Positions 14,269 to 23,905 of a DNA stretch of 32,000 nt are shown here, one piece after another. The position numbers were made by a program, and so were the translations under genes. Origin of the DNA: an uncultured Opitutales bacterium (lineage in GTDB: Bacteria; Verrucomicrobiota; Verrucomicrobiia; Opitutales; Intestinicryptomonadaceae); NCBI GenBank assembly GCA_934613415.1, contig CAKTSY010000005.1:90001-122000 (forward strand). Reading direction: 5' to 3'. A model generated the notes under the pieces. The model was given only the letters and a program-made list of their open reading frames with translations, did no database searches and was not told where the DNA came from. Position 1 is the stretch's first letter, and every line of letters begins with the position of its first letter.

Positions 14269-15050
14269 GGTTTCTGCTTGCCATAGTCTGTCTGCTATTG
14301 CCTTTTTCGCTCCCAGCCAAAATCAAGCATATGGACGTAGACGGCATTGAATTCGCCTGCCGTGCTCCCGAAAAAGTCGGTAAAGACTCGCGGATAATGG
14401 TGCTCTTCGGCGGCAGAAATTGGCACGGCGAAAAAGCGTTAAAGGCATTCAACTTCGATGTCCTATCCGATAAGTATTCCCTGATTCTGCTCTCACCGTC
14501 ATTCAAGGATAATGAATATTGGCAGCCCGAAAAGTGGTCGGGTAAGGTTCTGTTAAAAGCTATAAAACGGCTTAAAATAAAGTTCAACCTATCAAACCAA
14601 AAACTTCTGTTCTACGGCTATTCCGCTGGCGGACAATGTTCAAACCTGTTTTACAATTATATGCCAAAGCAGGTAGAAGCATGGGGGTTACACGCTTGCG
14701 GCATTTACCCGCAAGTAGCACAAAAGAACGGCGTGCCGGCATTCATCACCTGCGGCATGCAGGACACTGACCGTGTTCGCATCAGCAAGACATTCATCTA
14801 TAAATACCGCGAAAACGGCGGCTCTTTGATTTGGAAGCCATATAACGGCGGACATGAACTAAATAAAGAAGCCTTAGAATTTGCCCGCCAATTCTTTGAC
14901 GATATTTTAAGCAAACACACTCGCCCGATTTATATCGGCGAAGACGAAACTGGGATCGTTGTTCCTGCCAAGAAATCATCTGAGATTGACGTGGAATTCC
15001 GTAATCCGCTATATTCCGAAGCACTGAAGAAACTTTGGGAGGTGCAATAA
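14265..15050 (+). CDS. Secreted alpha/beta-hydrolase (esterase family), paralog B
   Basis: The start at 14265 (MRFLLAIVCLLLPFSLPA, signal peptide) forms an ATGA overlap with the upstream stop. GYSAGGQ elbow, CGMQDTDR, GGHE. Confidence 0.75.
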   Translation: MRFLLAIVCLLLPFSLPAKIKHMDVDGIEFACRAPEKVGKDSRIMVLFGGRNWHGEKALKAFNFDVLSDKYSLILLSPSFKDNEYWQPEKWSGKVLLKAIKRLKIKFNLSNQKLLFYGYSAGGQCSNLFYNYMPKQVEAWGLHACGIYPQVAQKNGVPAFITCGMQDTDRVRISKTFIYKYRENGGSLIWKPYNGGHELNKEALEFARQFFDDILSKHTRPIYIGEDETGIVVPAKKSSEIDVEFRNPLYSEALKKLWEVQ

Positions 15051-16291
15051 TGGAATTTACCTACGAAGGTCTTGTTCGCTATGGATTCGGGTTCTACAAT
15101 CCAAACCACGCCGCCGCAGTGATATGCGCAGTACTGCCGTTTGTGTGGTTGTTATTTTTGCAACCCAAATTCTGGAAGAAGATTGCCGGATTTTTACTGT
15201 CTGCCGTTCTTGTTTGTGCGTTAACGATGACCTATTCGAGGTCTGGAATTGTAGTTTTGGCGTTAGAAGCGGTTGCCTTTTTGGCAGCAACAAGGTTTAA
15301 AAGTTGGAAACCATTTGCCATATTGGGGGTAGTTATCGTCGGATTAGCTGTTCTTTTAGGCGTTTCGGAGCGTTTTACAATAGACGCCTCGGCCAGCAAC
15401 AGACTTCAAATTTGGCAGGCTGGGCTTTCCATATTTGCGGCAAATCCATTCGGTGTAGGATTGGGCAATTCGGGAAAAATCGCCACCGCGTTTCTACTCC
15501 CCGATGGCATAAACTGCCGAACGCTTGTAAACAGCCACCTTACCCTGCTCTGTGAGTATGGAATTTTTATCGGAGCACTGTGGCTTACTTTCATCGCATA
15601 CGCCATATTGAATGCAATAAAAACGCAATCACACTTAAAGATTGTGGCGGTTATCGCCTTTTGCGGTCTGGCGGTTTCAGCGACGTTTGCCAGCGTCTTC
15701 GATTTTGAAGTGTTGTTCTATTCGCAAAGATTCGAATATTTCACAACTCTAAATGTGGCGATGCAATGGTTAAACTTTGCGGTATTCCTCGCACTGGGCG
15801 CATATCTATGCCTCGGGAAGTTTCCCCCAAAACGGGCTGCTGTTTCTGTTGGTATTTCGTGCGCTGCGCTCTTGACGTTATTTGCCATAGGTAAAACGCT
15901 TCCGCAATCTCCAAAATACCAGCAAATCGACGGAATTGAATTGGTGGGGTTTATCGGAAATACCCCACAAAGACTTGTCTTCTTTGATGACGATTACACT
16001 CTAAAATCCGCTTGGGAATTTATAACGTCTCATGGTATAGGCAAAGATTATGCAATAGCCTTGCAACCGTTTTGCAGCGAATCTTTGCCTAACGCTCCCG
16101 CAAAAGAATACATACTTTTCGGGAACTGTTCCGATTTTGCTAACACGACAAATACCCCCTGCGTTTTGATAAAGCCATCGCCCTACTTTGTTCCGCAAGG
16201 CAAAAACATCTCTGCGATTTACCTACCTAAATGGGATAAGGCGTATGAACGGCTAAGAAGGCAAGCGCAGAACATTCAAAAATTGTATTGA
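15050..16291 (+). CDS. O-antigen ligase/polymerase family (Wzy_C-type) polytopic membrane protein with an uncharacterised C-terminal domain
   Basis: TAATG overlap with esterase B. Multiple TM segments. Hallmark loop ..TYSRSG.. and NSHLTLLCEYGIFIG (H-x-x-L-x-x-x-E-x-G-x-x-G pattern of the Wzy_C family). The soluble-looking tail of about 130 aa has no recognisable motif. Confidence 0.65.
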   Translation: MEFTYEGLVRYGFGFYNPNHAAAVICAVLPFVWLLFLQPKFWKKIAGFLLSAVLVCALTMTYSRSGIVVLALEAVAFLAATRFKSWKPFAILGVVIVGLAVLLGVSERFTIDASASNRLQIWQAGLSIFAANPFGVGLGNSGKIATAFLLPDGINCRTLVNSHLTLLCEYGIFIGALWLTFIAYAILNAIKTQSHLKIVAVIAFCGLAVSATFASVFDFEVLFYSQRFEYFTTLNVAMQWLNFAVFLALGAYLCLGKFPPKRAAVSVGISCAALLTLFAIGKTLPQSPKYQQIDGIELVGFIGNTPQRLVFFDDDYTLKSAWEFITSHGIGKDYAIALQPFCSESLPNAPAKEYILFGNCSDFANTTNTPCVLIKPSPYFVPQGKNISAIYLPKWDKAYERLRRQAQNIQKLY

Positions 16292-16512
16292 AGTCCCACA
16301 AGGTACAATATTAAGCCGCTGTTGGTTTTAATAGCATCGGCTTGCAAGTCTCGTGCAACAGAATCAAATACCACCCCATTACAATATTATTAACATATAG
16401 ATATTCAATATGTTAAGCAAATATCAACAAAGCAACAGTCTTAACCATTCCGTCTATATCTTCTTAGACATAATATAGATTGTTCGAGATTTGTTTTTTG
16501 CGAAAAATTTGT

Positions 16513-16989
16513 CTACTTAAGTTTTCTAAAGGGGTTCGATTCTTTCCACTTAAGCTTCGATTTTTCGGAAATTTCGGCACTTTTGCGGGTAATGCGCTTT
16601 GCGCAGGATTGCGCCCATTCAAAAAGATAGTCGGGGCTTACCGTTTGCGCGCCGTACGACGACACCGTTAACGCCAGCAAATTGTCGCGCGTTGCAACAG
16701 TGCAGTCTTGCCCGTGAATAGAGCAATATTGCTCAATAAAATCGTCGGCACTCATACTCGAGGGCGTATAAACTTCGGAATATGTGGTAAGCCTTGTTTT
16801 GCGGACAATCTCTATTGTGTCGCCCTTGCCGTCGAAAACAAGGGTTACCCTTATGTTGTCGGCATCGTGAATGGGAGATAATGCGTTGTATAAAGCTTCA
16901 ACTGCAATATCTTGCGAAACTTCCTTAAAAAGTTTCATCATTCGCTGATTAGAATGTATAACATTCCAGCCGTCAACAAGCAGGTGCAT
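16513..16989 (-). CDS. NYN/PIN-like domain protein (YacP/Rae1-like predicted RNase)
   Basis: MHLLVDGWNVIHS...VTLVFDG... pattern of the YacP-type NYN domain. 17-nt overlap with coaB. Confidence 0.7.
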   Translation of the reverse strand: MHLLVDGWNVIHSNQRMMKLFKEVSQDIAVEALYNALSPIHDADNIRVTLVFDGKGDTIEIVRKTRLTTYSEVYTPSSMSADDFIEQYCSIHGQDCTVATRDNLLALTVSSYGAQTVSPDYLFEWAQSCAKRITRKSAEISEKSKLKWKESNPFRKLK

Positions 16990-17638
16990 TTTTCGACAAA
17001 TAGCCCCTTTCTATTATATCTACAATTTGTTCTGCCAAAACTTCCTTTTCGGCATAGGGCATATCCAATTTTTGCCCGTTTGCAAAAAATATGCTAACTT
17101 CGTTGCAGTCTTTTTCAAACGCCTTGCCGTTCGAAACATTGTTGGCTATAACGCAATCTAGATTCTTTTCGGACAGCTTCTTTTTAGCATAGGCTTGCAG
17201 ATTGCCGGTTTCGGCGGCAAAGCCGGCCAAAAACTGGTTGTTTTTGCGCCGTTTAGACAATGTTTTTAATATGTCTATTGTAGGCTCAAACTCTACATTA
17301 AACTGCATATCAAATTTCTTTACTTTGCCCAAAACCCTTTTTTTGGGCTTCATATCGCAAACGGCGGCACTTGCAATAAATATGTCGCAATCGTCAAAAT
17401 ATTTAGAGCACTTTTCGTACATATCCTGCGAGGTTACCACACGCACAATGTCCGCGCTTTCCAAACCGCTTAAGTCGGGCGAGCACGCCCCAAGCACAAG
17501 GCAAACCTGCCACCCCTTTTTAAGGGCGGCTTTTGCTATTTTTGTGCCGAATTTGCCGCTAGAGGGGTTCGAAACAAACCTAACATCGTCGAAATATTCG
17601 CGGGTTGGCCCCGCATTTATCAAACATTTTACGGGCAT
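16973..17638 (-). CDS. coaB: Phosphopantothenate-cysteine ligase (stand-alone CoaB domain)
   Basis: INAGPTREYFDDVRFVSNPSSGKFG, AAVCDMKP and GFAAET align with the C-terminal half of the bifunctional Dfp/CoaBC. At 221 aa it has no flavoprotein (CoaC) half. Confidence 0.85.
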   Translation of the reverse strand: MPVKCLINAGPTREYFDDVRFVSNPSSGKFGTKIAKAALKKGWQVCLVLGACSPDLSGLESADIVRVVTSQDMYEKCSKYFDDCDIFIASAAVCDMKPKKRVLGKVKKFDMQFNVEFEPTIDILKTLSKRRKNNQFLAGFAAETGNLQAYAKKKLSEKNLDCVIANNVSNGKAFEKDCNEVSIFFANGQKLDMPYAEKEVLAEQIVDIIERGYLSKNAPAC

Positions 17639-17813
17639 ATCTTAATGGATACTTTACGCCTTTTCGGCTCTTGTAAAGAAAAATAAGCCCCAAAAAAATC
17701 GTCTTTTTTTAATAATTATATTGAAAAACGCACAATTAGGCATTTACTTTATATATAACCTTTTTTATATATAACGTTATAACACACTCACAATACTTAT
17801 AAACCCTAATATC

Positions 17814-20800
17814 ATGTTCCGAAAATATACAATTTTCATCGCCGGAATTCTATGCGCGGCCTCGGCTATGGCGCTTACCGACACGGCGAATTCGAACGCA
17901 AGCCTAAACGGCATTCGCCTTGCGCAAAGCGATAATGCCGCAAAGAAACCCGCAAAAAAGGCAAAGGCAGAATCTAAAAAGGTGGATAAAGACACTAAAA
18001 AGGCCGACAAAAAAGCGGCTCCGGCAAAGGCGGACAAGGCAGATGCGAAAAAGGCAGCCTCCGCAAAACCTGCCGAACAGGCTATCCCCAACGAAATAAA
18101 GCAGATGGGTGTTAGCGCGCTTAATGCCGAAATGAAGAATTTAATTGCGACAAAAAAGTTTGTGGAAGCACGCCCATATGTAGACGAACTGTTAAAGAGG
18201 TTTGCAGGATCGGAAAACACCGACGAATCGGCACGCAAGGCAGTGCCTACTTTGTACTACTTTAAGGCATACAGCTATTTTCAAGACTATGCCAACACTC
18301 GCGAGGCAAAACCGCTTAACGAAGCAATTAAATGCCTAAACAAGATTCTTTCTTTGCCGAAGAACGATTCGTCGAGAAACGCAATAGACTTGCTTTCGAC
18401 CTGCTACATACACCAAAAGAAATACAAACAGGCAGCCGACACATTGGGCAAATTGCTTGAAAAGCCCTATGTGAACGACCTTTCCGACAAAGAGCGCCTC
18501 AGCATTGTGCGCCGTATTGCACAAAGCCTATATTCTATGCGTTCTTGGAAGGGCAGCGACAAGTGGTTTACCATGCTTTTGAATGCGTCGAACCTGCCAG
18601 AAGACAAAATTTTGGCGGCTTCGGGCCTAATTCAAAGCGCAATTAGCGAAAAGAAATACGACCAGGCGAAAAAATATTTCCCCTACATGGTAATCAACGA
18701 ACCCGCCAGATACGACGTTTCGTTGAACGTTGCCCTTTTGCAGGCAGCAATGGACTTGGCAACCGACAAGGTGCACGAATACAACACCGCCGCCATATTC
18801 TACAGTATGGTTTACGACCAAGACCAGCTTATTGCCTTCTTCGAACAGTATAAGAAAAAGCTTTCGGCGCAGCTTGAAAGAGCAAAGGCAACCAACCCCG
18901 ACAACCCCATTATTGCCGATTTAAACGGCAAGATTTCTGTTGCCGAACAACAGCTTAATATGCTAACTCAGGCAAAGCCCTACACCGAATATCTAATGTT
19001 CGGCAAGGCTCAAAACTACCTTAAAACCGACCGCGACTACGAAAGCTTTTGGGCATACAAACAGCTTATCGACAAATTCCCAAAAAGCTCGGAAATGGAA
19101 AATTACTACTATTTGGCATTTTTGGGCGCGTATAAAATCGGCAAATCCGACGAAATGTTCAAGCTGGGCCAAACTTATATGGAGACGTTCCCCAAAGGCC
19201 GCTATATAAAAGACGTTTCGCTGCAAATTGCCATTTACTATAACGAAAAGGGAATGAAAGACGAATTCTTTGCCATAGCAAAAGAGTTTGTTCCAAAATA
19301 CCACAAAGACAAATCCTGCGAAAGCATGATTTACCTTATGGGTAAAGCTTGGATAGACGACCAAAAATACGACGAACTTAAGGTTTGCTTTAAAGGCTAT
19401 CTTACCGACTACGGCGCATCGCCCATTGCCGACGCCTTGTTGTATTGGTCGGGCTTGGCAAACTTGGTAACAGGTTCGTTCGACAACGCCTACAAGGATT
19501 TCGACCGCCTCGTTTCCAAATTCTCTACAAGTCCCTATGCCGAAGACGCCGCCTACAGAAAGGCGATTGCGGCCTACGGCAAGCAAGACTTAAACTTGGC
19601 ACAAGAATTGTTTGCAAAGTTTATCGACACCTATTTGGGTAACGAACTTTGCGGCGAAGCCGAGTTCTTCTTGGGCGATATAAACTTAAGCTCGGGCTAT
19701 GTAAAAGAAGCTTTGCAGCACTACTCCGAGGTAGAAAAGAAAACCTCCAGCCAAAGCTATATAGACCAAGCGTACTTCCAAAGCATTTCTATCTACGAAA
19801 AAGCCGACGACAACGCCGCTATAATAAAGCTTGCCGACCAGTACGAAAAGAAATATCCCAATGGCAACATTGCCATGATAGAATTCCACAAATCGGCTGC
19901 GTTTTCGAGAAGCGCACGCCAAACCGAAGCTTTGCTGGAATTGAAAAACCTTATAGAAAAGTACGGCAATGAAAAGCAACTTGACGGCGTAGACAAAGCT
20001 CTTGAACGCTATGTGGCAGACTATCCAAAAACAAAGGCAACATTGGAAGCCTCGGTAAAGTTCTTAAAAGACGTTATTAGCGACGAAAAGCTTTTGAACA
20101 CTTTGGTTACAAACCCCGCCGAAAGATACAGATTCTTCCTTAAAAATTCCAAAATAGACAACGCATTGTATCTTAAATTTAAGAGCGACGAAAAATATAG
20201 CGTAAATCTGTTTAAAGACAAAAAGCCCCTGCAAACATTGCTTAAGCACTACGAAAAACAGCTTTCGATGTTCCCCAAGCAGGCTCCAAAAGACTTTTAC
20301 GCTTCGCTTTTGAAATCTTCGGAAGGCAAAAAGCCCACTTTGTACTACAGAATGATGATGGCTTTAGACAAGTTCTGCAAGGCCCCCATTCCCGCAAAGG
20401 CATTTAACGAAGACGACTACAAGCTTGCAAGCCCCGCAACCCTTATTTGGATTGCAAAGCACAACGAAGCCTACGGCATTGAAGCCGCCAAGAAGACATA
20501 CCAATATGTTCTCGACAGCGAAAGCGACGCCCAGTATATGCTAGACGCCCTTTTGGGCTTGGCTGCCCTCGACGAAAAACAGGGCAAGTGGGAAGACGCT
20601 TTAAAGCAATATATTCGCGCCGAAGAAGAATATTCTACCGACCCGAAAATTGCCCAAGTTGCAATCAAACACGGCGAAATGCTTGTAAAGCTTGGCAGAT
20701 ATAACGAAGCCGACAAAAAGTTTGAAAGCATTCGCAAAACTCCCGACTGGCGCGGCGAACCCTATGCTGCGGCTCTCTACAATCAGGCTTTGTTGGCGGA

Positions 20801-21029
20801 ACGCGCCAAGAAATACGAAAAGGCTTTGAACTATTACGACAACTGCGCAATAGGCTATTCTAACTGCCTTAAGTATTCGGGCAAGGCCGCTTTGGCCGAA
20901 GCCAAATTGTTGGTAAGAATGGGAGACATTGAAAAGGCAAAGGAAACATGCGACGCATACCTAAAAACCCCCGATGCCGCCGCTTCTCCCGAGCACGACC
21001 AGATTGTAAACTACAAAAACACCCTATAA
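17814..21029 (+). CDS. Large exported tetratricopeptide-repeat (TPR) protein with an N-terminal Lys/Ala-rich tract
   Basis: Signal peptide MFRKYTIFIAGILCAASAMA. K/A-rich low-complexity region at about 17940-18084. Many TPR-like helical pairs follow (..A.Y..G..Y....Y..A...F....). Confidence 0.8.
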   Translation: MFRKYTIFIAGILCAASAMALTDTANSNASLNGIRLAQSDNAAKKPAKKAKAESKKVDKDTKKADKKAAPAKADKADAKKAASAKPAEQAIPNEIKQMGVSALNAEMKNLIATKKFVEARPYVDELLKRFAGSENTDESARKAVPTLYYFKAYSYFQDYANTREAKPLNEAIKCLNKILSLPKNDSSRNAIDLLSTCYIHQKKYKQAADTLGKLLEKPYVNDLSDKERLSIVRRIAQSLYSMRSWKGSDKWFTMLLNASNLPEDKILAASGLIQSAISEKKYDQAKKYFPYMVINEPARYDVSLNVALLQAAMDLATDKVHEYNTAAIFYSMVYDQDQLIAFFEQYKKKLSAQLERAKATNPDNPIIADLNGKISVAEQQLNMLTQAKPYTEYLMFGKAQNYLKTDRDYESFWAYKQLIDKFPKSSEMENYYYLAFLGAYKIGKSDEMFKLGQTYMETFPKGRYIKDVSLQIAIYYNEKGMKDEFFAIAKEFVPKYHKDKSCESMIYLMGKAWIDDQKYDELKVCFKGYLTDYGASPIADALLYWSGLANLVTGSFDNAYKDFDRLVSKFSTSPYAEDAAYRKAIAAYGKQDLNLAQELFAKFIDTYLGNELCGEAEFFLGDINLSSGYVKEALQHYSEVEKKTSSQSYIDQAYFQSISIYEKADDNAAIIKLADQYEKKYPNGNIAMIEFHKSAAFSRSARQTEALLELKNLIEKYGNEKQLDGVDKALERYVADYPKTKATLEASVKFLKDVISDEKLLNTLVTNPAERYRFFLKNSKIDNALYLKFKSDEKYSVNLFKDKKPLQTLLKHYEKQLSMFPKQAPKDFYASLLKSSEGKKPTLYYRMMMALDKFCKAPIPAKAFNEDDYKLASPATLIWIAKHNEAYGIEAAKKTYQYVLDSESDAQYMLDALLGLAALDEKQGKWEDALKQYIRAEEEYSTDPKIAQVAIKHGEMLVKLGRYNEADKKFESIRKTPDWRGEPYAAALYNQALLAERAKKYEKALNYYDNCAIGYSNCLKYSGKAALAEAKLLVRMGDIEKAKETCDAYLKTPDAAASPEHDQIVNYKNTL

Positions 21030-21047
21030 TATCAGGCAACTTTTAAG

Positions 21048-22253
21048 ATGAAAAACATACAAAAACTTACGGTACTTACGGCGTTGGCACTACCCGCCTT
21101 TGCAATGGCGGCCGACAACGCAAAGCCCGAAGCCCCCAAAGCCGTTGTTACAGCCATAGCACAAGGCCAATCGCAAGATAGGTCTTATATGAACGACTTT
21201 GCCGGAGTAAAACCCGTGCTTACCACCTACGACGAAACAACGCAAAAGGAATCTAAAATGCGCTATGTTAAGTCGGAAATAATAAAGGGCATTGTGCACT
21301 ACGCAATGGCACCCGAAGGCGCGGCCGAAGGCGGCGAAATGCTTATTCCCGCAAACAGAACGGGCATTAAATTTACCTACAAGCCCGAAGGCGACTTGGC
21401 TATTAAGATTAAAGACGCCATATTTAGCGGCAACAACGAAGCGGCAATTGGCATGATGCGAAAGGGAATTTACCCCCTAATACAGCTAGTTGCAGCTCCC
21501 GAATCGCTAATGGCAATACAAAACGACGTAATTAACTTTACCGACTTGCTTATGGCGGCAGGCCGCGTAAACGAAGCATACGCCATTATGATGTCGTTGG
21601 ACTATGCAAAGATTAAGCCCCAATTTTCGGCACAGGCAGTTAAGCTTATTGGCGAGCTTACAAAGCTAGGCCGCTACAACGACGCCCTTAAGCTTGCCGA
21701 CAAACTTTCGTTTGAAGGCGAATTTGCAGTGCTAATTCCCGACTTTTTGGACGCGCTAGACACAATCAGAAACGCTGGCAAAATAAAGGAAGTTTCTAGG
21801 TGGTATGCAAAGTTGCAGTCGCTTAAAGAAAACCCCGACAAACTTGCATGCACTTTGTGGATGCTCTATTGCGACATAAGCTCGGGCAACTTGGTTTCGG
21901 CAAAGGTTTTTGTAAAGTCTACAACCATTAAGAATATCGACAGAAAATCTCCCGTATTTTCGCTTGCGCAAATGATAAAGGGTATGTTGCTTACAACTTC
22001 TAAGCAATACAAAGAAGCCCTCGAAAACTTTTCGGAAGGTATAATTTACGGCAAGCCCACCGACCAGTGGATGGCGGAACTTACCTACAACACCGCTTTG
22101 TGCTATAAGCAGATTAACAAACCCCAAGTTGCAAAGGAAATATTTGAAGAGTTGGGGCTTTTTTACCCGAACAGCGTGTTTAACAAACAGGCAAAAGCGC
22201 AAATTGCCCTTATAGAAAAGGAAGCAAAAGCCGCCCAAGCTCAGGAAGAATAA
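21048..22253 (+). CDS. Exported TPR-like/helical-repeat protein
   Basis: Signal peptide MKNIQKLTVLTALALPAFAMA. C-terminal TPR-like units (YKEALENFSEGI.., LTYNTALCYKQINKPQVAKEIFEEL). 18 nt downstream of the large TPR gene. Confidence 0.6.
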   Translation: MKNIQKLTVLTALALPAFAMAADNAKPEAPKAVVTAIAQGQSQDRSYMNDFAGVKPVLTTYDETTQKESKMRYVKSEIIKGIVHYAMAPEGAAEGGEMLIPANRTGIKFTYKPEGDLAIKIKDAIFSGNNEAAIGMMRKGIYPLIQLVAAPESLMAIQNDVINFTDLLMAAGRVNEAYAIMMSLDYAKIKPQFSAQAVKLIGELTKLGRYNDALKLADKLSFEGEFAVLIPDFLDALDTIRNAGKIKEVSRWYAKLQSLKENPDKLACTLWMLYCDISSGNLVSAKVFVKSTTIKNIDRKSPVFSLAQMIKGMLLTTSKQYKEALENFSEGIIYGKPTDQWMAELTYNTALCYKQINKPQVAKEIFEELGLFYPNSVFNKQAKAQIALIEKEAKAAQAQEE

Positions 22254-22273
22254 TTTAATATTTATAACAACCT

Positions 22274-23716
22274 ATGAAAATACATCATTTTAGGCCAAAG
22301 AGACAAAAAGACACTTTGCTCTATCAAATTATGTTGATAGTTGCAGTTTTGCACATTGTTGCGTTGCTTGTATTAGGCAGCGTTATCATTAGCCAGCAAA
22401 TAATAAACCCGCAAGAAGAATTTAAAGCCCCGCCCCCTGCCGAAAAGGTTAACAACCAAAAAAAGCAGTATCAGACAAAGGCGAGAAACAACCAAAGAAG
22501 GTCTCAAAAGCTTGCAAAGCGAATTCAAATTCAAAATGCAAGGGTTACCAATGTAAGCAACGTTAACATTAGCTTGCCCTCGGGCTCTATCGCAGGCGGT
22601 TCGTTCACGGGCACTCCCCCTCCCAAAGGTTTTGGCGACTTAGACTTAACCGCAACAAACGTAAGCTTAATAGGCATACAATCGAAAACCGAAAAGGTTT
22701 TGATTGTAATAGACGCCTCTTCGTATTTGATGAACGAACAGCGCGGCGGTTTGGAAACATATAGGGTTATTAAAGACGACGTTAAGCGCCTTGTAAACGC
22801 GTTGCCGCCAACGGTGTTGTTCAACGTAATGGCATACTCTACAACGGCGGGTATATACATTAACTTGTTCAGCCGCGAAGGGCTTATCCCCGCAACCGAA
22901 AGCAACAAAAAAAGGCTTCCCGAATGGCTAGACCCGATTAATTCTAGCCTCACAAAAATCGGCGTTTCCGGCAACTACAGGCTAAAATATCCCTTCCTGC
23001 CCCAGCCTCCCTCTTCGGGCAACTACAACATTGGTGTTTCAACGTGCTACCGTTTTTATCAGGCAGCTCTTGAACAGGGTGCCGACACAATATACTTTTT
23101 GGCAACCGAATGGACAGACCCCGACCGCATAATGCGCCCGTGGACAGATTCCGAAACCGAAAAGTACCGCCGCGAAACCGAAAAGTACGAAGAGCAAATT
23201 GCAAAAGCAAGGGCTCAGGCCGGATGGACCGAAGAAAAGGAAGCCGAATACCAGTCGAACGTTGCAATAGCGCGCGCCGAAGGTCTTAAAAAGGCAAGGG
23301 CTTGGATTGAAAAGGAAAATGCCGCAAGAAAGGCAAAGGGCAAATCGCTTTATGTGGGCACTCCAGAACAGGCAATGAGAGAGCAAAAGCTCTATATTCC
23401 CCCGAAGGAAACGCCCCCGAACGTAAGCAAAGGCATAAAGAAGCCCAACCCCCCGAAATTCAGACCCTACGGCACAAGAGGCATAATAGACTACTACAGA
23501 ACAAACGGCTTGCTAAACGACATTTATTTCTCGAAAAAAGCGCAAATGCCCGTTTTGAATATGATTGTGTTTAGAGGCCCCGACGAAAAGAGCACCGAAG
23601 CGCAAAATTCTATCATCAAGTCGTGGACGGCGCGCCATCATGGCAAGAGCCGCCTGCTAAGAGGTCTTAAAGCCGACGACGGCGCAGACATAAAAGGCGC
23701 AAAAACGAAGAAATAA
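22274..23716 (+). CDS. Membrane-anchored protein with a degenerate vWA-like domain and a coiled-coil insert
   Basis: N-terminal TM segment (LLYQIMLIVAVLHIVALLVLGSVII). KVLIVIDASSYL..LVNALPPTVLFNVMAYS resembles the first strands of a vWA fold, with an imperfect MIDAS (DASSY instead of DxSxS). E/K/A-rich helix at about 23150-23340. Confidence 0.5.
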   Translation: MKIHHFRPKRQKDTLLYQIMLIVAVLHIVALLVLGSVIISQQIINPQEEFKAPPPAEKVNNQKKQYQTKARNNQRRSQKLAKRIQIQNARVTNVSNVNISLPSGSIAGGSFTGTPPPKGFGDLDLTATNVSLIGIQSKTEKVLIVIDASSYLMNEQRGGLETYRVIKDDVKRLVNALPPTVLFNVMAYSTTAGIYINLFSREGLIPATESNKKRLPEWLDPINSSLTKIGVSGNYRLKYPFLPQPPSSGNYNIGVSTCYRFYQAALEQGADTIYFLATEWTDPDRIMRPWTDSETEKYRRETEKYEEQIAKARAQAGWTEEKEAEYQSNVAIARAEGLKKARAWIEKENAARKAKGKSLYVGTPEQAMREQKLYIPPKETPPNVSKGIKKPNPPKFRPYGTRGIIDYYRTNGLLNDIYFSKKAQMPVLNMIVFRGPDEKSTEAQNSIIKSWTARHHGKSRLLRGLKADDGADIKGAKTKK

Positions 23717-23730
23717 TTTCTTAAAAACCA

Positions 23731-23764
23731 AAAAGCTTCGGTATAAAAACCGAAGCTTTTTTTA
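23731..23764 (+). terminator. Rho-independent terminator of the TPR/vWA operon
   Basis: 12-bp perfect stem aaaagcttcggt/accgaagctttt with a 6-nt loop, followed by a T run. Confidence 0.75.
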
Positions 23765-23850
23765 TGCAAATTCAAAAGGTATAACCCTAAAAGCAAAAAC
23801 ATATCTTTCTTATTCTTTGCCTTTTTTGTGGCTACTTTATGCAAAAAAAT

Positions 23851-23877
23851 GCGGCAACTATGGTTGCCGCATTTTTT
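23851..23877. terminator. Bidirectional-type rho-independent terminator (serves nadC on the minus strand)
   Basis: Stem gcggcaac/gttgccgc with a 4-nt loop, flanked by an A run upstream and a T run downstream. It lies about 30 nt beyond the nadC stop. Confidence 0.7.
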
Positions 23878-23905
23878 ATGCTGTAAAACTGTTTTAGCCT
23901 TTTTT

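Noticed and set aside
16390-16416. 9-bp perfect inverted repeat TTAACATAT-N9-ATATGTTAA in the convergent intergenic region
   Set aside because: The stem is purely AT, there is no flanking T run, and no second copy exists. I cannot distinguish a binding site from chance in AT-rich DNA.
18336-20850. Minus-strand ORFs inside the TPR gene (e.g. 18993..19586, 19686..19979)
   Set aside because: They are antisense to a long, well-supported ORF, with a Phe/Val-rich shadow-frame composition.
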